Positions 1 through 14,320 of a stretch of DNA of 64,000 nucleotides are shown piece after piece. The stretch lies in assembly GCF_964355755.1 (NCBI RefSeq), contig NC_092675.1:6505812-6569811 (forward strand), in the 5' to 3' direction. The position numbers and the translations under genes were made by a program. Positions within the stretch are counted from its first letter, which is position 1. Every line of letters starts with the position of its first letter. Below the pieces are notes generated by a model, which had not been told where the DNA came from, did not search any database, and saw only the letters and a list, made by a program, of their open reading frames with translations. Origin of the DNA: Antedon mediterranea (Eukaryota; Animalia; Echinodermata).

Positions 1-21
1 ACCGTTTTCCCTAATTTACAG

Positions 22-1316
22 TTTGATGCCACCGAGCAAGAAGAGTTCAGGTCGTCAATTGCTGATAACGCGAACAAGTATTGCGATGAGTTCGAGGTTT
101 GTTTGGGCCCTTCTAAAATTGTTTCGTAAGTAATACCATCGCCATTACTCAAATAGTTATGGGTGTATACTGTTGTTGAGAATATTGACGTCATATTTTA
201 CTGTAGAAGAAGAAGACGCTATTTTAGTATTTTCTTGTGTAACTCTGGGGGCATATCCTACTTATCCAGACGCTAATTTAGCATTGCCTTGTGTTACTCT
301 CCTAATGATCCGAGAAATTCAAATAATGCCCTGCAGAAGTATAGAATGTTACCTTAGTAAACATATATATTTGCATTTACATTTTAAAATTAATTTTAGT
401 GAGAAAAACGTCATGATGTTTGAGGTAACTGATGGATCAACAAGCACACTGATATATTTCTATAAAACTCAGGCCGACAGCGCTGAACAGACGTCGGTAT
501 CTTTCTATATAACTCAGGCCGACAGCTCTGAACTACTGATGCTTTCTGATGACCTACAAAGCATGTTGTCTGTTTATGGTACAGTCATTGAAGATGATCT
601 AGGCTACGGTTTAGAAGTTATTATTCCCGCTACTACACAGAAGCAGACTAAAAGTACGAAACACGAGCAGACAGCGATTCCAACAGACAAACCAGGATTA
701 GAGCCATGGGCGATAACACTTATATGTCTCGGTGCTGTTTGCGTTATGGTTGTTGTTGGTTTATTTATCTATGTCAGACAGCAAAGGTAAATATTAAACC
801 ATTGTTGGCGGTTAACTTCCTAATGTTAAATCGTTATGAATGTCTAAAAATCAACATTGAATAGTGTTAGGGTTGTACTTTTAGAGGTGGGAGGGATGCA
901 ATAGGATATTGTGAGTTTGGTACCATGATTATATACTATTATGATGATGATGTTATGCTTTTTTCAAAGCATTCATTTTGTGGATATTTGTTTCGTTGAT
1001 TTATTTGACCAGCATAATTATTATAAATTCAATATACAAAAAGAAAACATACAATACAACATATGAAATATGCTGTATCAGGGAAGCTTAAGCAAAAATA
1101 CATCTCTGTAACTCAGGTGAGTCGACTACCTCCTCCACCCCTCATATAAAAAAGAAATACAGTCGTTATCGGTACTCCTAGGGACATTCTAACACAAGAA
1201 CTTTTTAACATTTCAGGAAATCGGATGGATTGAATGGTGATCTTGAAGTGGAGCTAACCAATTCTCAAACAATAGATGCGACTGGTGCGACAAACAAGAC
1301 ATATGAAGACAACTAA
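22..1316 (+). CDS. 3' part of a single-pass type I membrane protein (paralog of the 3592-9811 gene); 5' exons lie upstream of the window
   Basis: Exons 22-125 (FDATEQEEFRSSIADNANKYCDEFEVC...), 400-786 (…VSFYI…TM WAITLICLGAVCVMVVVGLFIYV) and 1217-1316 (KSDGLNG…NKTYEDN*) join in frame with canonical AG/GT sites. Exon phases and motifs match the downstream paralog. Confidence 0.85.
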
Positions 1317-1945
1317 GGCGCCAGCCAGACAGTCGTTTTTCTCTGGTTTCACTTATTAAAAAAATGTTCGATCACGCATGAAAGTGGCAAGACCACGATG
1401 GTAGATGAAGGTGTATTGTTGAAAGAACTATTACTTTACATGCATGCTGTTTAATTTTGACGACGAATAAAATATGTAGTATAAAAATAATGTTAATGTG
1501 TTTAACCATTATGTTTAATAAACAGTAATACTGTTCACATTGTTGAAAGAGAATCATGCATTTATTAAAGATCCAGTGTCAATAAAGATTTCCAACAACA
1601 GTACCAGTAACAAATGTATAGGTTAAGACTAATTTTCAGCAGTCAAAATATCTACTCTCTAGTGTACGTAATTTATACCAGATATCAGCTTTCTTTCATT
1701 GAATTGTTAACAATTCTATAATTTTGTGGTACTATATTTAGGCCTATGTTGTGATTAATGATACTTAGGCCTATGCTGTTATTATTGATATTTAGGCCTA
1801 TGATACTTAGGCCTAGTGTGTTGTTATTAATGACAATTACACCTATTATTATTATTGTTATTGCTATTGCTATTGTTGTTATTATTATCGTTGTCGTTGT
1901 TGTTGTTATTAATTGTATTGTTATTATAATTATTGTTATTTGTAT

Positions 1946-2961
1946 TTCATCATCACCCTACAGTGACCATACATCACCACCCTACAGTGACCATACATCA
2001 TCACCCTACAGTGACCATACATCATCACCCTACAGTGACCATACATCACCACCCTACAGTGACCATACATCACCACCCTACAGTGACCATACATCATCAC
2101 CCTACAGTGACCATACATCACCACCCTACAGTGACCATACATCACCACCCTACAGTGACCATACATCACCACCCTACAGTGACCATACATCATCACCCTA
2201 CAGTGACCATACATCACCACCCTACAGTGACCATACATCACCACCCTACAGTGACCATACATCCTCACCGTACAGTGACCATACATCCTCACCGTACAGT
2301 GACCATACATCACCACCCTACAGTGACCATACATCACCGCCCTACAGTGACCATACATCCTCACCTACAGTGACCATACATAACCACCCTACAATGACCA
2401 TACATCACCACCCTACAGTGACCATACATCCTCACCGTACAGTGACCATACATCACCACCCTACAGTGACCATACATCCTCACCGTACAGTGACCATACA
2501 TCACCACCCTACAGTAACCATACATCACCACCCTACAGTGACCATACATCCTCACCCTACAGTGACCATACATCACCACCCTACAGTGACCATACATCAC
2601 CACCCTACAGTGACCATACATCCTCACCGTACAGTGATCATACATCACCACCCTACAGTGACCATACATCATCACCCTACAGTGACCATACATCACCACC
2701 CTACAGTGACCATACATCACCACCCTACAGTGACCATACATCATCACCCTACAGTGACCATACATCATCACCCTACAGTGACCATACATCACCACCCTAC
2801 AGTGACCATACATCACCACCCTACAGTGACCATACATCATCATCCTACAGTGACCATACATCACCACCTACAGTGACCATACATCACCACCCTACAGTGA
2901 CCATACATCACCCCCCTACAGTGACCATACATCACCACCCTACAGTGACCATACATCACCA
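1946..2961. repeat. 24-bp minisatellite, about 42 copies
   Basis: Head-to-tail unit CATCACCACCCTACAGTGACCATA with point variants and no spacers. Confidence 0.97.
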
Positions 2962-3591
2962 TTAACAGGGTTGAAAAACATAAAATATAATATTTATATA
3001 TGTTTATTATATTATGTTTTCAAAACAAAATAAACAGTGGTGTGGCAGTCACGTAATTTAGCATCAACAATGTGATACGTCACAGAGGACTGCGTACAAT
3101 GACGATTAATTATCTATCTTAATAAGATAAGTTGGAGCATTAAGCGCAAAGTCCATGGTATATCACCACTCCCAACCATGTACATAGTATAGGCCCATCA
3201 GCGTAAATACATTTCAACCGTATTTTAAACAGAAAGCGGTGGTATTCAAGAAGTAGAACAACATTTAGATAATTATTAACGATTAGCAGTTCATACTGTT
3301 TTTTATTATTATTTGTTTATCAAAGACCACGTTGGAGAGAAGAATCAGAGTTTTATTTACAACGAAATTGTATTTTGTCAATCGTTATCTGGGTTGTTGT
3401 TTACTTCCATCTTTTAACTATAACCTTTGATTAAATCTATTAGTGTAGGCCTACTATAGCAGTGTTTGTCATAAGAGAGAAGTCAGCACACCCATAGAAT
3501 AAACATTATTGGTTCAAAGATTGCATATCCGATTTCATTTCCATTCAAGATATATATTGGTAACCAGTTGCAGGATACAACAGCATAAAAG

Positions 3592-6500
3592 ATGTCGTAC
3601 ACAAAAGGAAAAACAAGAGGTTTATTACTAATAGTTTTATTTTGCATCTTGATTTCAATATGCAAAGGACAAACCAGTAGTAAGTATTTACAATTTTTGT
3701 CTGTTGATATTCTCCACATAGTAATTATAATAAAAACAGAGATATGATCTTGGCAGAGAAAACTATTAGAAAGAAGGGAATACAACGTATCAAAACTCGA
3801 ATAAAGTAGACCTATAATGAGGACTCCAGCGTACTCGACAACGACAAAATGAAAGAAATTGACAACATTACTTAATGTGTACATATTGTATTATAAAGTC
3901 TATACTTTGTCATTTTTTGTTTCCCTATGGTTTAGGAATACAAATGTGCATCGTTTGGAAACTCTGCGACGAGTTACAAACAAAGTAGATATATTATATA
4001 TATTTATGGTATACAATTATTGATGCTATACAGTATTATAAATCATTATTATAACATTATTAGGCCTGGTAGAAACAATGCCCATGCACGGCGTACTCAT
4101 GATTCTGAAACGTCAAATTCCAATGGTTATGACATCCAATAGGTCGGTCTATACATGCCTATCATGTTAGGCTTATAATTCGCGGATCTAAAAATTGCAT
4201 TCAAACCGTGTAATAAATGTCAAAGACAGTGTGCGATACAATTATGTGTTATATTTTTCATTTTTATTACTCTTTATGCCCACTGTGCACTCATCATCAT
4301 AATAGTTCAGAAAGGAACAGTAACCGACACATGGACAATTTCCCACAATTCTGTATTGTGGTGGAAAACAGATTATTTTTGTATTTATTAGTTATCCGCT
4401 TGGTATACCAAGCGGATAACTCCTTGTTATTGTATGAGATCAACATTTTTTTTCTGTATTATTCTTCTTTCCTTCCTTCCTTTTTGTGAGTCGCGTTTCT
4501 CTAAAATGTGTAAACACAACATTTCATAACTTTGACAACATATGGGCATTTACGTGAAGTTGTGCACCTCCTATTTTTGAATGACGTCATAGTTGCGCAA
4601 CGTGACTTACGCGCAATTTTATGAATTTCAATGATTGATCATAGATTAAAAACCAAAAGTCATTTAGTATTGACACTTTGACAAAATTTAAGTCATATCA
4701 GGGGCAAACTTTCTACGGATTAAAAATGGCCTGTTTCACAAGAAGTTACGCGCGCACGCGCATTTAAAATTTCAAAATGCGCAAAATTAATTTCTAATCA
4801 ATTTCTTTTTACGCGTTTCATGTCATTTTGAGCATGTCAAAAATTCCCACGGGCGCGCAATTTTTTACGCACGCGGTGCGCACGTAGCAATAAAAACATA
4901 TTTTTTTCTCTTGAATTATATTTTTCAAGCCTTTCCTAGTAATTTTGAAAACAATTTAGACCTTTTCCAGTTTAAATAACGCCATACGAACACGTTGAAT
5001 TAGACAATTTGTGCGCGTTTTTTATGAAAAAGCTTAAAAAATCATCAAAATAATGTCTTTTTTTAAACAGTCATAGTTTCTAAAGTAAACCGTGAACCGT
5101 TTATTTTTATTACAAAATCTAGAAGTTGATGAGTTGCAGATATCGGATCATGCATCGATAAGGCTAAAAAAACATTGTGACGTAATCGTATGGCCACACG
5201 AATGTAAAATATAGGATTTTTGTCTGTTTCGTTATTGCTCATCACATTCAATGGAGCGCATCACGCTTATCTGTATTCCTTTTTCTCCTATATTTATATA
5301 TTGTCTAGGTCAATCAACTTTCTTTAGCATGAGATAAAAATATTTTAATTTTATAACGTCATCATGCCTAAAAATTTTAATTACGTGGGTCATTAATTTC
5401 ATATTTACAGTAAATTTTAATCTGTAATAGCTCGTAAGAATAAAATGTGATAATCACGATTAAAACGTTTTCTGGAAGCTATAGGATTGTAGATACGAAT
5501 TCATGTAAACATTTTGCCAATCGGATGTTGTGACATCATCATATTGCCAGTTGAATAAAAAAAGTCGTATTTTCATATTTTGCGTAATAGTTCATCACAT
5601 TTAAAAGGGTGCGCATCTATATTTTACGTATTCAAATTTCTTCTACACGTTAATATGTTGTTCCTGAGATAATTTCCTTCTGAAATTGCTATTTAAGTGT
5701 TTCATTTTGATACCGTCGCCATGTTAAAAATTGGAATAAATGGCGGGTCCCGTAATTTCACCTATTCTACACTGTATGTAATATGTATACAGATTATACT
5801 GTTTGCATGTATATACTATATGACACAAAATTGACAGAATTCAGCACTAACAGCATATCATATTCTTCAGTTCTTGTCATAATGCCATAATCTTTATCTG
5901 TGTGCAATATTCCAACGTATGACGTGCACGTGGCGTTTGTCGTTGTGCGGATAACTAACTCGTCAAAGTGACGAGTTTCATGTCTAGTTTATTTATTTAA
6001 TCACGCTCTTATGTAATACAAGACCAGCCAATTCGGGCTTATGAGTGAATATATAGAATAACAATTATAAATAGACACGGATTGCAAGATACAACAGACA
6101 CGGATTTTTCCGAAAAAATAAAAAATAAAATATTTCGAAAAAAGGTGGCTCATTTTGAAGTATCATAATAATTATTAACTATCACCAAAACTTTGTCGAA
6201 AAAAAAAATCATTTAACTGAAATACAGAAGTTTTTTATAAAAAAAAAAATAACTTGCTTGTTTGGCTACTCTGTATGCATAATCATAAAACTTCCTCGCG
6301 ATCTGTGTGAAAACACCTTCTCAAACGTGACGAGTTGTAAACAATCCTAATTAGCAATAATATGCGTACTTGAAATCTTTGTTTACTTTCGCTTGCGACG
6401 GTTTTCTAGATGAAATGTAATCAAACTAATTTACATGTTAATTAGGTAAACTTGTTGTTTTTAGCTCGAATTTTCGACTTAAAGTGAATAACTTTAATAT

Positions 6501-9500
6501 TACTTTGATATGGCCACTTTAAATGTTTGTGTGTTTCAAGGGACAATACATTTATCTTTTTCCGAGTAGAATGGAAGAGAGAAAGAGAGAGAAAAAATAC
6601 TGTATATGTAAATAAATACGTTACAAATTACTTGTGTAAGGAGAGCAATTGATAGGCAAATTTAGCAACTGTAGAACAGTGGTTGCCATCACACATTAAC
6701 AATTTGAAATATTTTTTTTAGATCTGAAAAGGATGGGTTGAGCCGGCTAATAAAGTTGAATAAATGAGATCTGATATCATCATAAGTTGAAAATTAAATA
6801 AAACAGTGTATTTCATCTTCAATACAATTGACATACGAGTATACATTAGTATACAAATAATTAATCCTTATATTACGTCAACATTTGCAACATACCATTA
6901 AAAGTTATATCATTAAAACATTTTTCCGTGTAGTATTGGCTAAGTATATGTGTACATTTTTTTACATAGCTCTCTCGTCAATGGATCCAACAATTACCAT
7001 GAGTGAATTGACAACTGAAATAGATATGTCTACATCAAATGAGAAAGAAACTACAACAAATGTCGTGGCAACTACCCAAGTTAATAACCCAACTACAGAT
7101 GCACCTTCAACTAAACCACTTACAACACCAATGCATACAGATGGTAAAACGACAAATAGAAGAGTGACAACAGAAAGTGGTGATGATACGACAGCAGCAC
7201 CACCAGATCCTACAACCAAACCAGCAACCGTGACAACGATGGCGCCAGATCTTACAACTAAATCAGCAGCCATGACAACGGAATCAGCAACCATGACAAC
7301 AAAATCAGCAACCATGACAACCAAATCAACAACAATGACAACCAAATCAGCAACCACGACCATGCCCGCTACCGAATTGCCAAATAATGAATTGATTGAA
7401 TCATCGGGAGCCAACATGGAGTTAAAAACACCAATGGATGAGGTAAAATGAACAATAGTAACAATAGCGTTAGTGGACCTGTGACGTGGTAAATCATCTC
7501 ATTGATAAATATTTGAAAATACTTCTGTTTATTGATATTTGCTAATTATGAAATGTTATCGATATATTTTATTGTTTTCGTTACTGTTTGGCTGATAAAT
7601 ATTTGCAAATATTTCCGTTTATTGATATTTGCTAATTATGAAATGTTATCAATATATTTTATTGTTTTCGTTACTGTTTGGCTGATAAATATTTGCAAAT
7701 ATTTCCGTTTATTGATATTTGCTAATTATGAAATGTTATCAATATATTTTATTGTTTCGTTACCTAACTTTGTGCGTGAGGCGAGACTCATAATTCCCAG
7801 CTGTGAACAAATAAAGTTATCATATCTTTCTATGTGCTGATTGATAAGTGTATTTGTAGAAAAAAAATATACGCACATAGTAGGCCTACAACAAATTAAA
7901 CAAATTCCACTCCCTAGTGCAAAGCACATTCTGAAAATGTTATTAGTTAAACCTAAATCTCTAAATTAATGGATCAATCAATTAATATACCCCCTCACAT
8001 AACATTATTCGTCAAATCGAATTCTGTTTAACATTTAAGTTGTACCGTTTTTTTTATTTATTAGTTTGATGAAAAAGAATTCCAACAAGCTATGTCAAAT
8101 AATACAAAGATATACTGTAATCTTGAAGAATCGAATTGCGGGGATACGTTTGAGTATATAAGGTACGGTAAATGGTGCTAAATTTAGTAATGTAGGCCTA
8201 GTGTATAACACAAACAAACAAGACTTCTGACGTGAAATATGTGTATATAGGCCTAACAGGACGTGTTATAAGTCCAATGTATAGGCCTAACTTTTACAGT
8301 AGGAACCTTTCCCTTTTTAAACAACTATATGCAGTCACGTGTCCCTGAATGGATACTATATTTCAATTTGAATATATTTTCTTCCTTCTCTAATACCGTA
8401 CCAACAACATATTGTTATAGTTTATGCAAGTATTCTCACCATAGTTCAAACAAATACACCATTTTAAAAACAATAATAACATGAAAATCATGTAAGATAC
8501 AATTGAAAAATTACCGTAATCACTGTAGTTTTTTATTTCTTTCAGTGAAAGGGACGTAATCATATATTACACTGGAGATGAACCATACTTCGATAGGCCT
8601 ACTGTAGAAACAGTCGCCGTTGCTGCAACCGGAAACACGCATGTTTCGTTCTACATAAAAAATCCTTACACCAGTACAGAGTATGTGATGACTTCAGAAG
8701 AAACTGAGAACATGTTAGAAATACAGAAAGAAGACATAGATAAGGATCTTGGTTACCAATACGAAATAACCAAGCCCTACGAGAAGCCTACAGGGTTTCC
8801 TGCATGGGCAACAACACTGATAGTGTTTATTGTTATCTGTGTGTTTGTATTTCTGTTTGTATTTTGGCGTGCTAAACAGTTAGAGTAAGTATGTGATGGT
8901 CATTCAAAGCCAAAATGTTTCTCTCCTCACAGTTCTCTCTTCCACATTTCCAATATCTTCTGCCCCGTTATGATTGTTTAAAACAATATTACACTTTGTC
9001 TAATGAGGTGACTCATAACAGCCGAGGCTGACATGCATGACGCCCTCAATACTTAAAACGGGAACGATACAAACACAAACGAGAAAAAGATTGAAAAAAA
9101 AAGAAAAATATTTGAAAAAATCTTCTAATATTTATAGTGCTATAGGCCTAGTATTGCACGGATTGTTATCCAACATATACACATTAATATATAACATAAA
9201 CTAGTTGTTTTTTTTAAATGTCTATCATCCATTATTATATGATTATCATTATATATAACAATTCCGTTTACTAATTGAGAACTAGAATATTACATGCAAT
9301 AAACATATGTGCTAATAACAACTTTATATTTTTCCATTAAAGTAAAAAACCTTTGGATGTTGAACATGGAGAAGAAAAGGGAACACAAGTAACTCAGGCT
9401 ACAATTATTGCGGAAATGAATCCGGGCGTAAATGGTGACATTAACGAAAATAACAACACACCCAAGGAGAGCACATCCGCTATTCAGACACACTACAGTG

Positions 9501-9811
9501 AAATCGTAGCCGAAACTGGTGCACCGGTTGTTGAAAAATACCTTAATAAGTCTTTGAAGGACAATCCACCAAATGGAGACGCTGGTGGAGATAAAGCAGA
9601 GGTTAACGAAGTTGTAGTCGAAAGTAAAGAACCGTCCCCACCTTTACCACCACCGCCACCACCAGTAGAATTTGCGGCAGACGTACACAGCGACGACTGG
9701 CAGAAAGGAGACTTTCCGGAGCCGCCAAAACCAGAATTTGACATGGACGTGGCAGCCGAAGAAGCAACGTCGGAGTTAGTGAACCTTGTCAAAGAACAGT
9801 CGCTGGAGTAA
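3592..9811 (+). CDS. Mucin-like type I membrane protein (~488 aa): signal peptide, Thr-rich region, Cys-pair/SEA-like stalk, TM helix, Pro-rich acidic tail
   Basis: Five exons join in frame (1467 nt): 3592-3679 (MSYTKGKTRGLLLIVLFCILISICKG/QTS, signal peptide), 6970-7442 (Thr-rich), 8065-8162 (FDEKEF…YCNLEESNC), 8546-8884 (…VSFYI…TM WATTLIVFIVICVFVFLFVFW), 9343-9811 (tail with PSPPLPPPPPP and DFPEPPKP). All junctions are AG/GT. Confidence 0.85.
4388..5989 (+). mobile_element. Non-autonomous Helentron/HINE-like element in intron 1 of the mucin-like gene
   Basis: 5' TTAGTTATCCGC within the hairpin GTTATCCGCTTGGTATACCAAGCGGATAAC; inverted sub-TIR GCGGATAACTAA at 5947-5958, then hairpin ACTCGTCA-AAG-TGACGAGT and terminal CTAGTT; T-rich flanks. 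Confidence 0.75.
7503..7763. repeat. 90-bp tandem repeat, about 3 copies (intronic)
   Basis: Unit TGATAAATATTTGCAAATATTTCCGTTTATTG… recurs at 7503, 7593 and 7683. Confidence 0.9.
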
Positions 9812-12091
9812 GTATTACTGGCACTAATAATGTTGTTATATCATCTTTACAAAACAAATCACCACAATCACACACCACATCATCACGGCCAGCCTATTTC
9901 TCCTTCTCATCAGGAATATTGTTAGATTATTATTAAATTACTAAATTAGTATAGGCCTACAATCCGAAAAGAGTAGTGGTAGTATTTATATCTATATACC
10001 TTAATTATATATTTTCTCTTGAATCTTTAAATAGGCTCGAAAATAATGGAATCGTAAATCAAAGTTTTGACGCTGCCGATGGAACCGCAATAACTGAGCT
10101 ATGATTGAGAAAACCAAGAAGTTGAATAACATTCTACCGAGTTTCAAATTTGAATGCTAAACTACTTCATGTATTATCCCCTTTTAAAATGATCATCAGC
10201 AGGCCAGGAGAAATGTGGATATATTCCGGGTTGAAATAACTTGAATCTGACAACTATATGCAGACATTTGGTTTTTTGTTTGGCGCTGTATATTTAAGCT
10301 TTTACAAAAAGTCATTAAGTTCGAATACTTAAAGGTAACTCCGGGTAAATTATAAAAAAAAACAAAAGTAACGTAGCCTGACATTTCTTTAAGAGGTTAT
10401 TTCAATTTTAATGGAAAATAATCAATGTGGTTTAATCTTTATATTCTAAGACCTTATCTTGTTTTGTGATGCAATTTACTCATAACAGAAGTGTAAATAG
10501 TTCCACCAATAAAGTCAGTTCTATGTATGAAGTGCATAGTACTTAAAGGAGTGGAGGAATTGATTTGCAATCTACACAGATGGTCATTGAAAGTACAGAA
10601 AAAAGGTTCTCACTGCTTTTACTTGTAAAATGTACTTTATTAACTATATGCCTACAGTGTATATAAACAAAAATAGTAGTACAGTATAGAAATTGAAATT
10701 GAACAATTTTTAAACCTGTAACAAATTATCATTATGTAACATTTTCACTGGTTGAAACTTGTTGTGTTTACATACACTAGCGTGCATACAACGGAAGTGC
10801 TCCAACTCTGTATTAGGTTTCGATATAAGCTCGAAGGCCTGGATTTCAGAGTATATCCAACAACGTTACGCAAACAAATTTGAACCGACTGTTGTACTGG
10901 GGCGGATTGCTATAGGCCTAAGCGGTCTATAAACGGTCTTAGAGCTTAGCCGGCTATATATACTTTAATATAAAGTTTATTTTTTTTTATATAAAGAAAA
11001 TGTAATTATCTATCAAATAAGACTATTTTCAAATTATTATGGCTAAAACTTAATTAGATACAGGCAAAAAAGTGTATTTTTACTTGTGTAAATAAAATGT
11101 TGTTATTATACAACATATAAATGTAAATTTTTCGAACCATTTCACAAAAACAACCATTTTACGGCCAATAGTTTATGAGATTATAGAAATGTGTACTACC
11201 AGTACAGGTGAAAGGTCAATAAAAATATTTTGGGTCATTTTCTTGAAAAAGTTCTTATTAGACTGAATAGAAACATATACCTTCAGATTAATTTGAGCCC
11301 TATTTAAAGTTTGTCCAACTATTACTTACGGAGTTATATGATATGTAGGTCAAAGGTCAAATATGCCAAAAATCATACTTCCAGCCATTTTTGGACAAAC
11401 TTTTCCATTAGAACGAATATAAATACGCATCTCCCAAATAATTTGAAACTAAAATTATTTCATCTAATCTAAGCGTTGCAAAGATATGACCATTTTGTTT
11501 TCAATGGGTCAAAACATTCAAATTGAGGTCAGAGGTCAAAGATGAATTTTAGAAATTTGACAACATGGGTTTTTATAACCAGCATGATTCAAATATTCAT
11601 AAAACACAATGTTTACACTTTCCCCATGATCTGCACACGAAAATACATAGGGATCTGGACTAAAGGTCAAATACACCATAATCGCGTGTGTATTATTTTT
11701 TGTCAAATGTATTTTAAGTGTTTAGAGATTTAAACAAACACATCGTTTGCCAACCAAATCGATAACTAACTATATTAAGTAAATACTGGATTGTGGACAT
11801 TTTGTTTAAAGAATAATAATACAGTTAATAAATACACGTAGGCCGCCGGTAAAATAAATATAAATACAATGACTGTCTTGAAACATCAATAGAAAATTGG
11901 ATAATAAATGTCAAACAGAATATTACATTAACCGTTGCTTAGTAAAGTGCTTGTATGGTTGTATATCATCAATCACACACTATTGTAAATAACTTATATT
12001 TTTGATTATATACAAATATTTGGAGACTTTTCTGATTTCTTTCGGGACTAAAGAATATAATAAACTGTCGGTATGTATCGATAGTAAACGT

Positions 12092-13074
12092 AAAGCTCTG
12101 TCTACACTATCAAAGGTTATGTGACAACATATATGGACATGATGATGTCATATCACTACCATATTTGGGCACATCACTACCCTACCATCTTTGAATAAAA
12201 ATACGTCACGTAGATATACTACAACTGACTATCGCAAGTCAAGTTAAATACAAGCATTTATGAAAACTGCAGAATTGTTGGCCGTGGTGCAAAACTAAAG
12301 ATTTGTTTTTGAATATGAATGACTTGTTTAAATCTTAATTACTTACAAATTGTAATTCTTACGTCATTTCTTTTTACTGTATTTCTTATTTCTCGGACGG
12401 AATTTTAGGAACTTTTGTGTTTTTCTATAATAAGTATAGGTATAGTGTTATGTTCATTATTTCCTTCTTATTAAAACAGATAGAAAAAACCAAACAGATT
12501 TTTGTATTTGTGAATCGTGTATTGTATGTGTTAGATCTTAAATACTACTTTATTTTATTTTATTCAATCGAAACCAACAGCGATAATTACCGCCACTAAC
12601 AGGTTTGATAAACATTTAACTAGTCTTTAGAACTTTGGTGGTTGAAATAACAAAAAGCACAAATGTAATAGTAGATCTAAGAGATTGATTACAAACTAAA
12701 GTAATATGGCATTTCACTAATAAACAAGAGGCAGACCTTATATTAAAATTCGCTCCAATATTGTTGCTCTTGTGTAGCAGCCGATTCTCAGTGCTGTATC
12801 TCCGCATACTATCTGTTTCCGAAGTATCATAGGATTATTTGGTAATACAGTTTCTTATTTATATCGCATGTGGTGCCTGTATCATGTAAGGTTAGGTTAA
12901 GGGTAGGTTACTACTAGATACATGTGAACTATTACACTATCTAACTAGTTTGACAAAAAAAGTGTGATGTGACCAAATATGCTAGTGATATTCCCAACTA
13001 TGGTAGTGTTATGACATCATCATGTTCATATTATGGGCACATTTTTTGTCACATAAAGTTTGATAGTGTAGACT
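12092..13074. mobile_element. Two copies (one partial) of the AAGCTCTGTCTACACTATCAAA MITE family
   Basis: 12092-12180 and 12929-13074 match the complete copy at 62492-62658. Confidence 0.7.
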
Positions 13075-13971
13075 TTTTTTATCACACCGTTTATTTTTCA
13101 TAGTTTTTTTTAAAATGCCTCTCTATTTACAACATTTGTGTACAAAAGAATAGAGATTTTACTGTGTAATTTAACTATCTGAAAAGAAAGTGCTTATTTT
13201 CAACAAGCTCGTGTAACACAAACAAAATCCCCAAAATTATGAAACATAGGGGGAAACTATAGATCGATATATTGGAATGTATGATCAATAGGAATTGTTT
13301 GCCCGCACCTGGCCTTTAAACTTCTTGTTCGAAAGTATGATGATAGCAGTACAGTGAGTGACAATACACTTCACGAACAAACAAAATTAAACCATGACTA
13401 TAAATAATATTGTATAAAGATGAAGAATTGGTGTCGTCACAGCATCAGAAACTCGTAATTTTACCATTAATATTCTAGATTTGTAATCGATATGACTTAT
13501 TACAACATTGATGCCTTGTTAGTAAAGCAGGCTCTAAATATTTAAGCATTGAATTTAAAGTTAAAAACAAAATTAATCACATAATTGAGGTAGGAAATGG
13601 CGTACTTTTGAAAATAAATCGGAATATAATGTTCGTAACTGCTTTTAAGGGGCTATAAATCTTAATCAGAACAAACATATGTCATCTACCAACACACCTA
13701 GAAGCAACAAACATCTACACAAAATAAACGGTACGTAAGCGTTTGTGTTTCTAGAAAATCACTCAAAATAATTTAAAGTATCTGTGTAACTAGAAAGTAG
13801 ATTTTAAAATGTATTTTATATCGAGTGAGCACCAAAAAGACGTTGTAAATTACTTGTATTACATGGAACATTGTTGTCCACATTTTTAACTTTCATAAAA
13901 ATAAAGTTGGATAATACTTTTAGCATGGACTCTCTATTCTGGATCCGTCCACCAAAATGCCGATAGGACGA

Positions 13972-14320
13972 TAACGATCGACGATAAATATAGACAAATG
14001 TGCATTTTTCATACATAAAACAAAAGAAATTTAAACATTTTCTATTCTAGAACTATAAAATAACCATCTATGCTTCCTTTGATGAAAATGGTATTTTCAC
14101 ACGTCCAATCAAATGACGTCATGATTAGTAAGAGCAATAACATCGTGACAATACAACGATTTTATTGTTTTTATTTGATGTCATTTGATTGGAATTAAAA
14201 AATATTATTTTGATCAAAGACAGCATAAATGATTATCCAATAGTGCAAGAACGAAAACCTTTCTAATTTCTTTTGTTTTATGTAAAAAAATGCACATTTG
14301 TCTATTATCATCGATCGTTA
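13972..14320. mobile_element. Palindromic MITE-like element
   Basis: TAACGATCGACGATAAATATAGACAAATGTGCATTTTT… at the left is the reverse complement of …AAAATGCACATTTGTCTATTATCATCGATCGTTA at the right; the imperfect arms continue for about 150 bp. Confidence 0.75.

Noticed and set aside
1758-2961. Long His/Pro- or Ser/Pro-rich ORFs and CRISPR-like periodicity
   Set aside because: Pure 24-bp tandem repeat with no unique spacers. ORFs are open in several frames and both strands only because the unit lacks stops; single-base slips shift frames; no supporting splice structure and no cas genes.
3483-9792. Minus-strand ORFs 3483-3884, 6962-7417 and 9493-9792
   Set aside because: They are antisense shadows of real plus-strand exons of the mucin-like gene.
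11100-11662. AAAGGTCA-rich repeat ending in GGATCTGGACTA
   Set aside because: Probably a DNA-transposon end, but no matching opposite TIR or TSD was found, so the boundaries cannot be supported.
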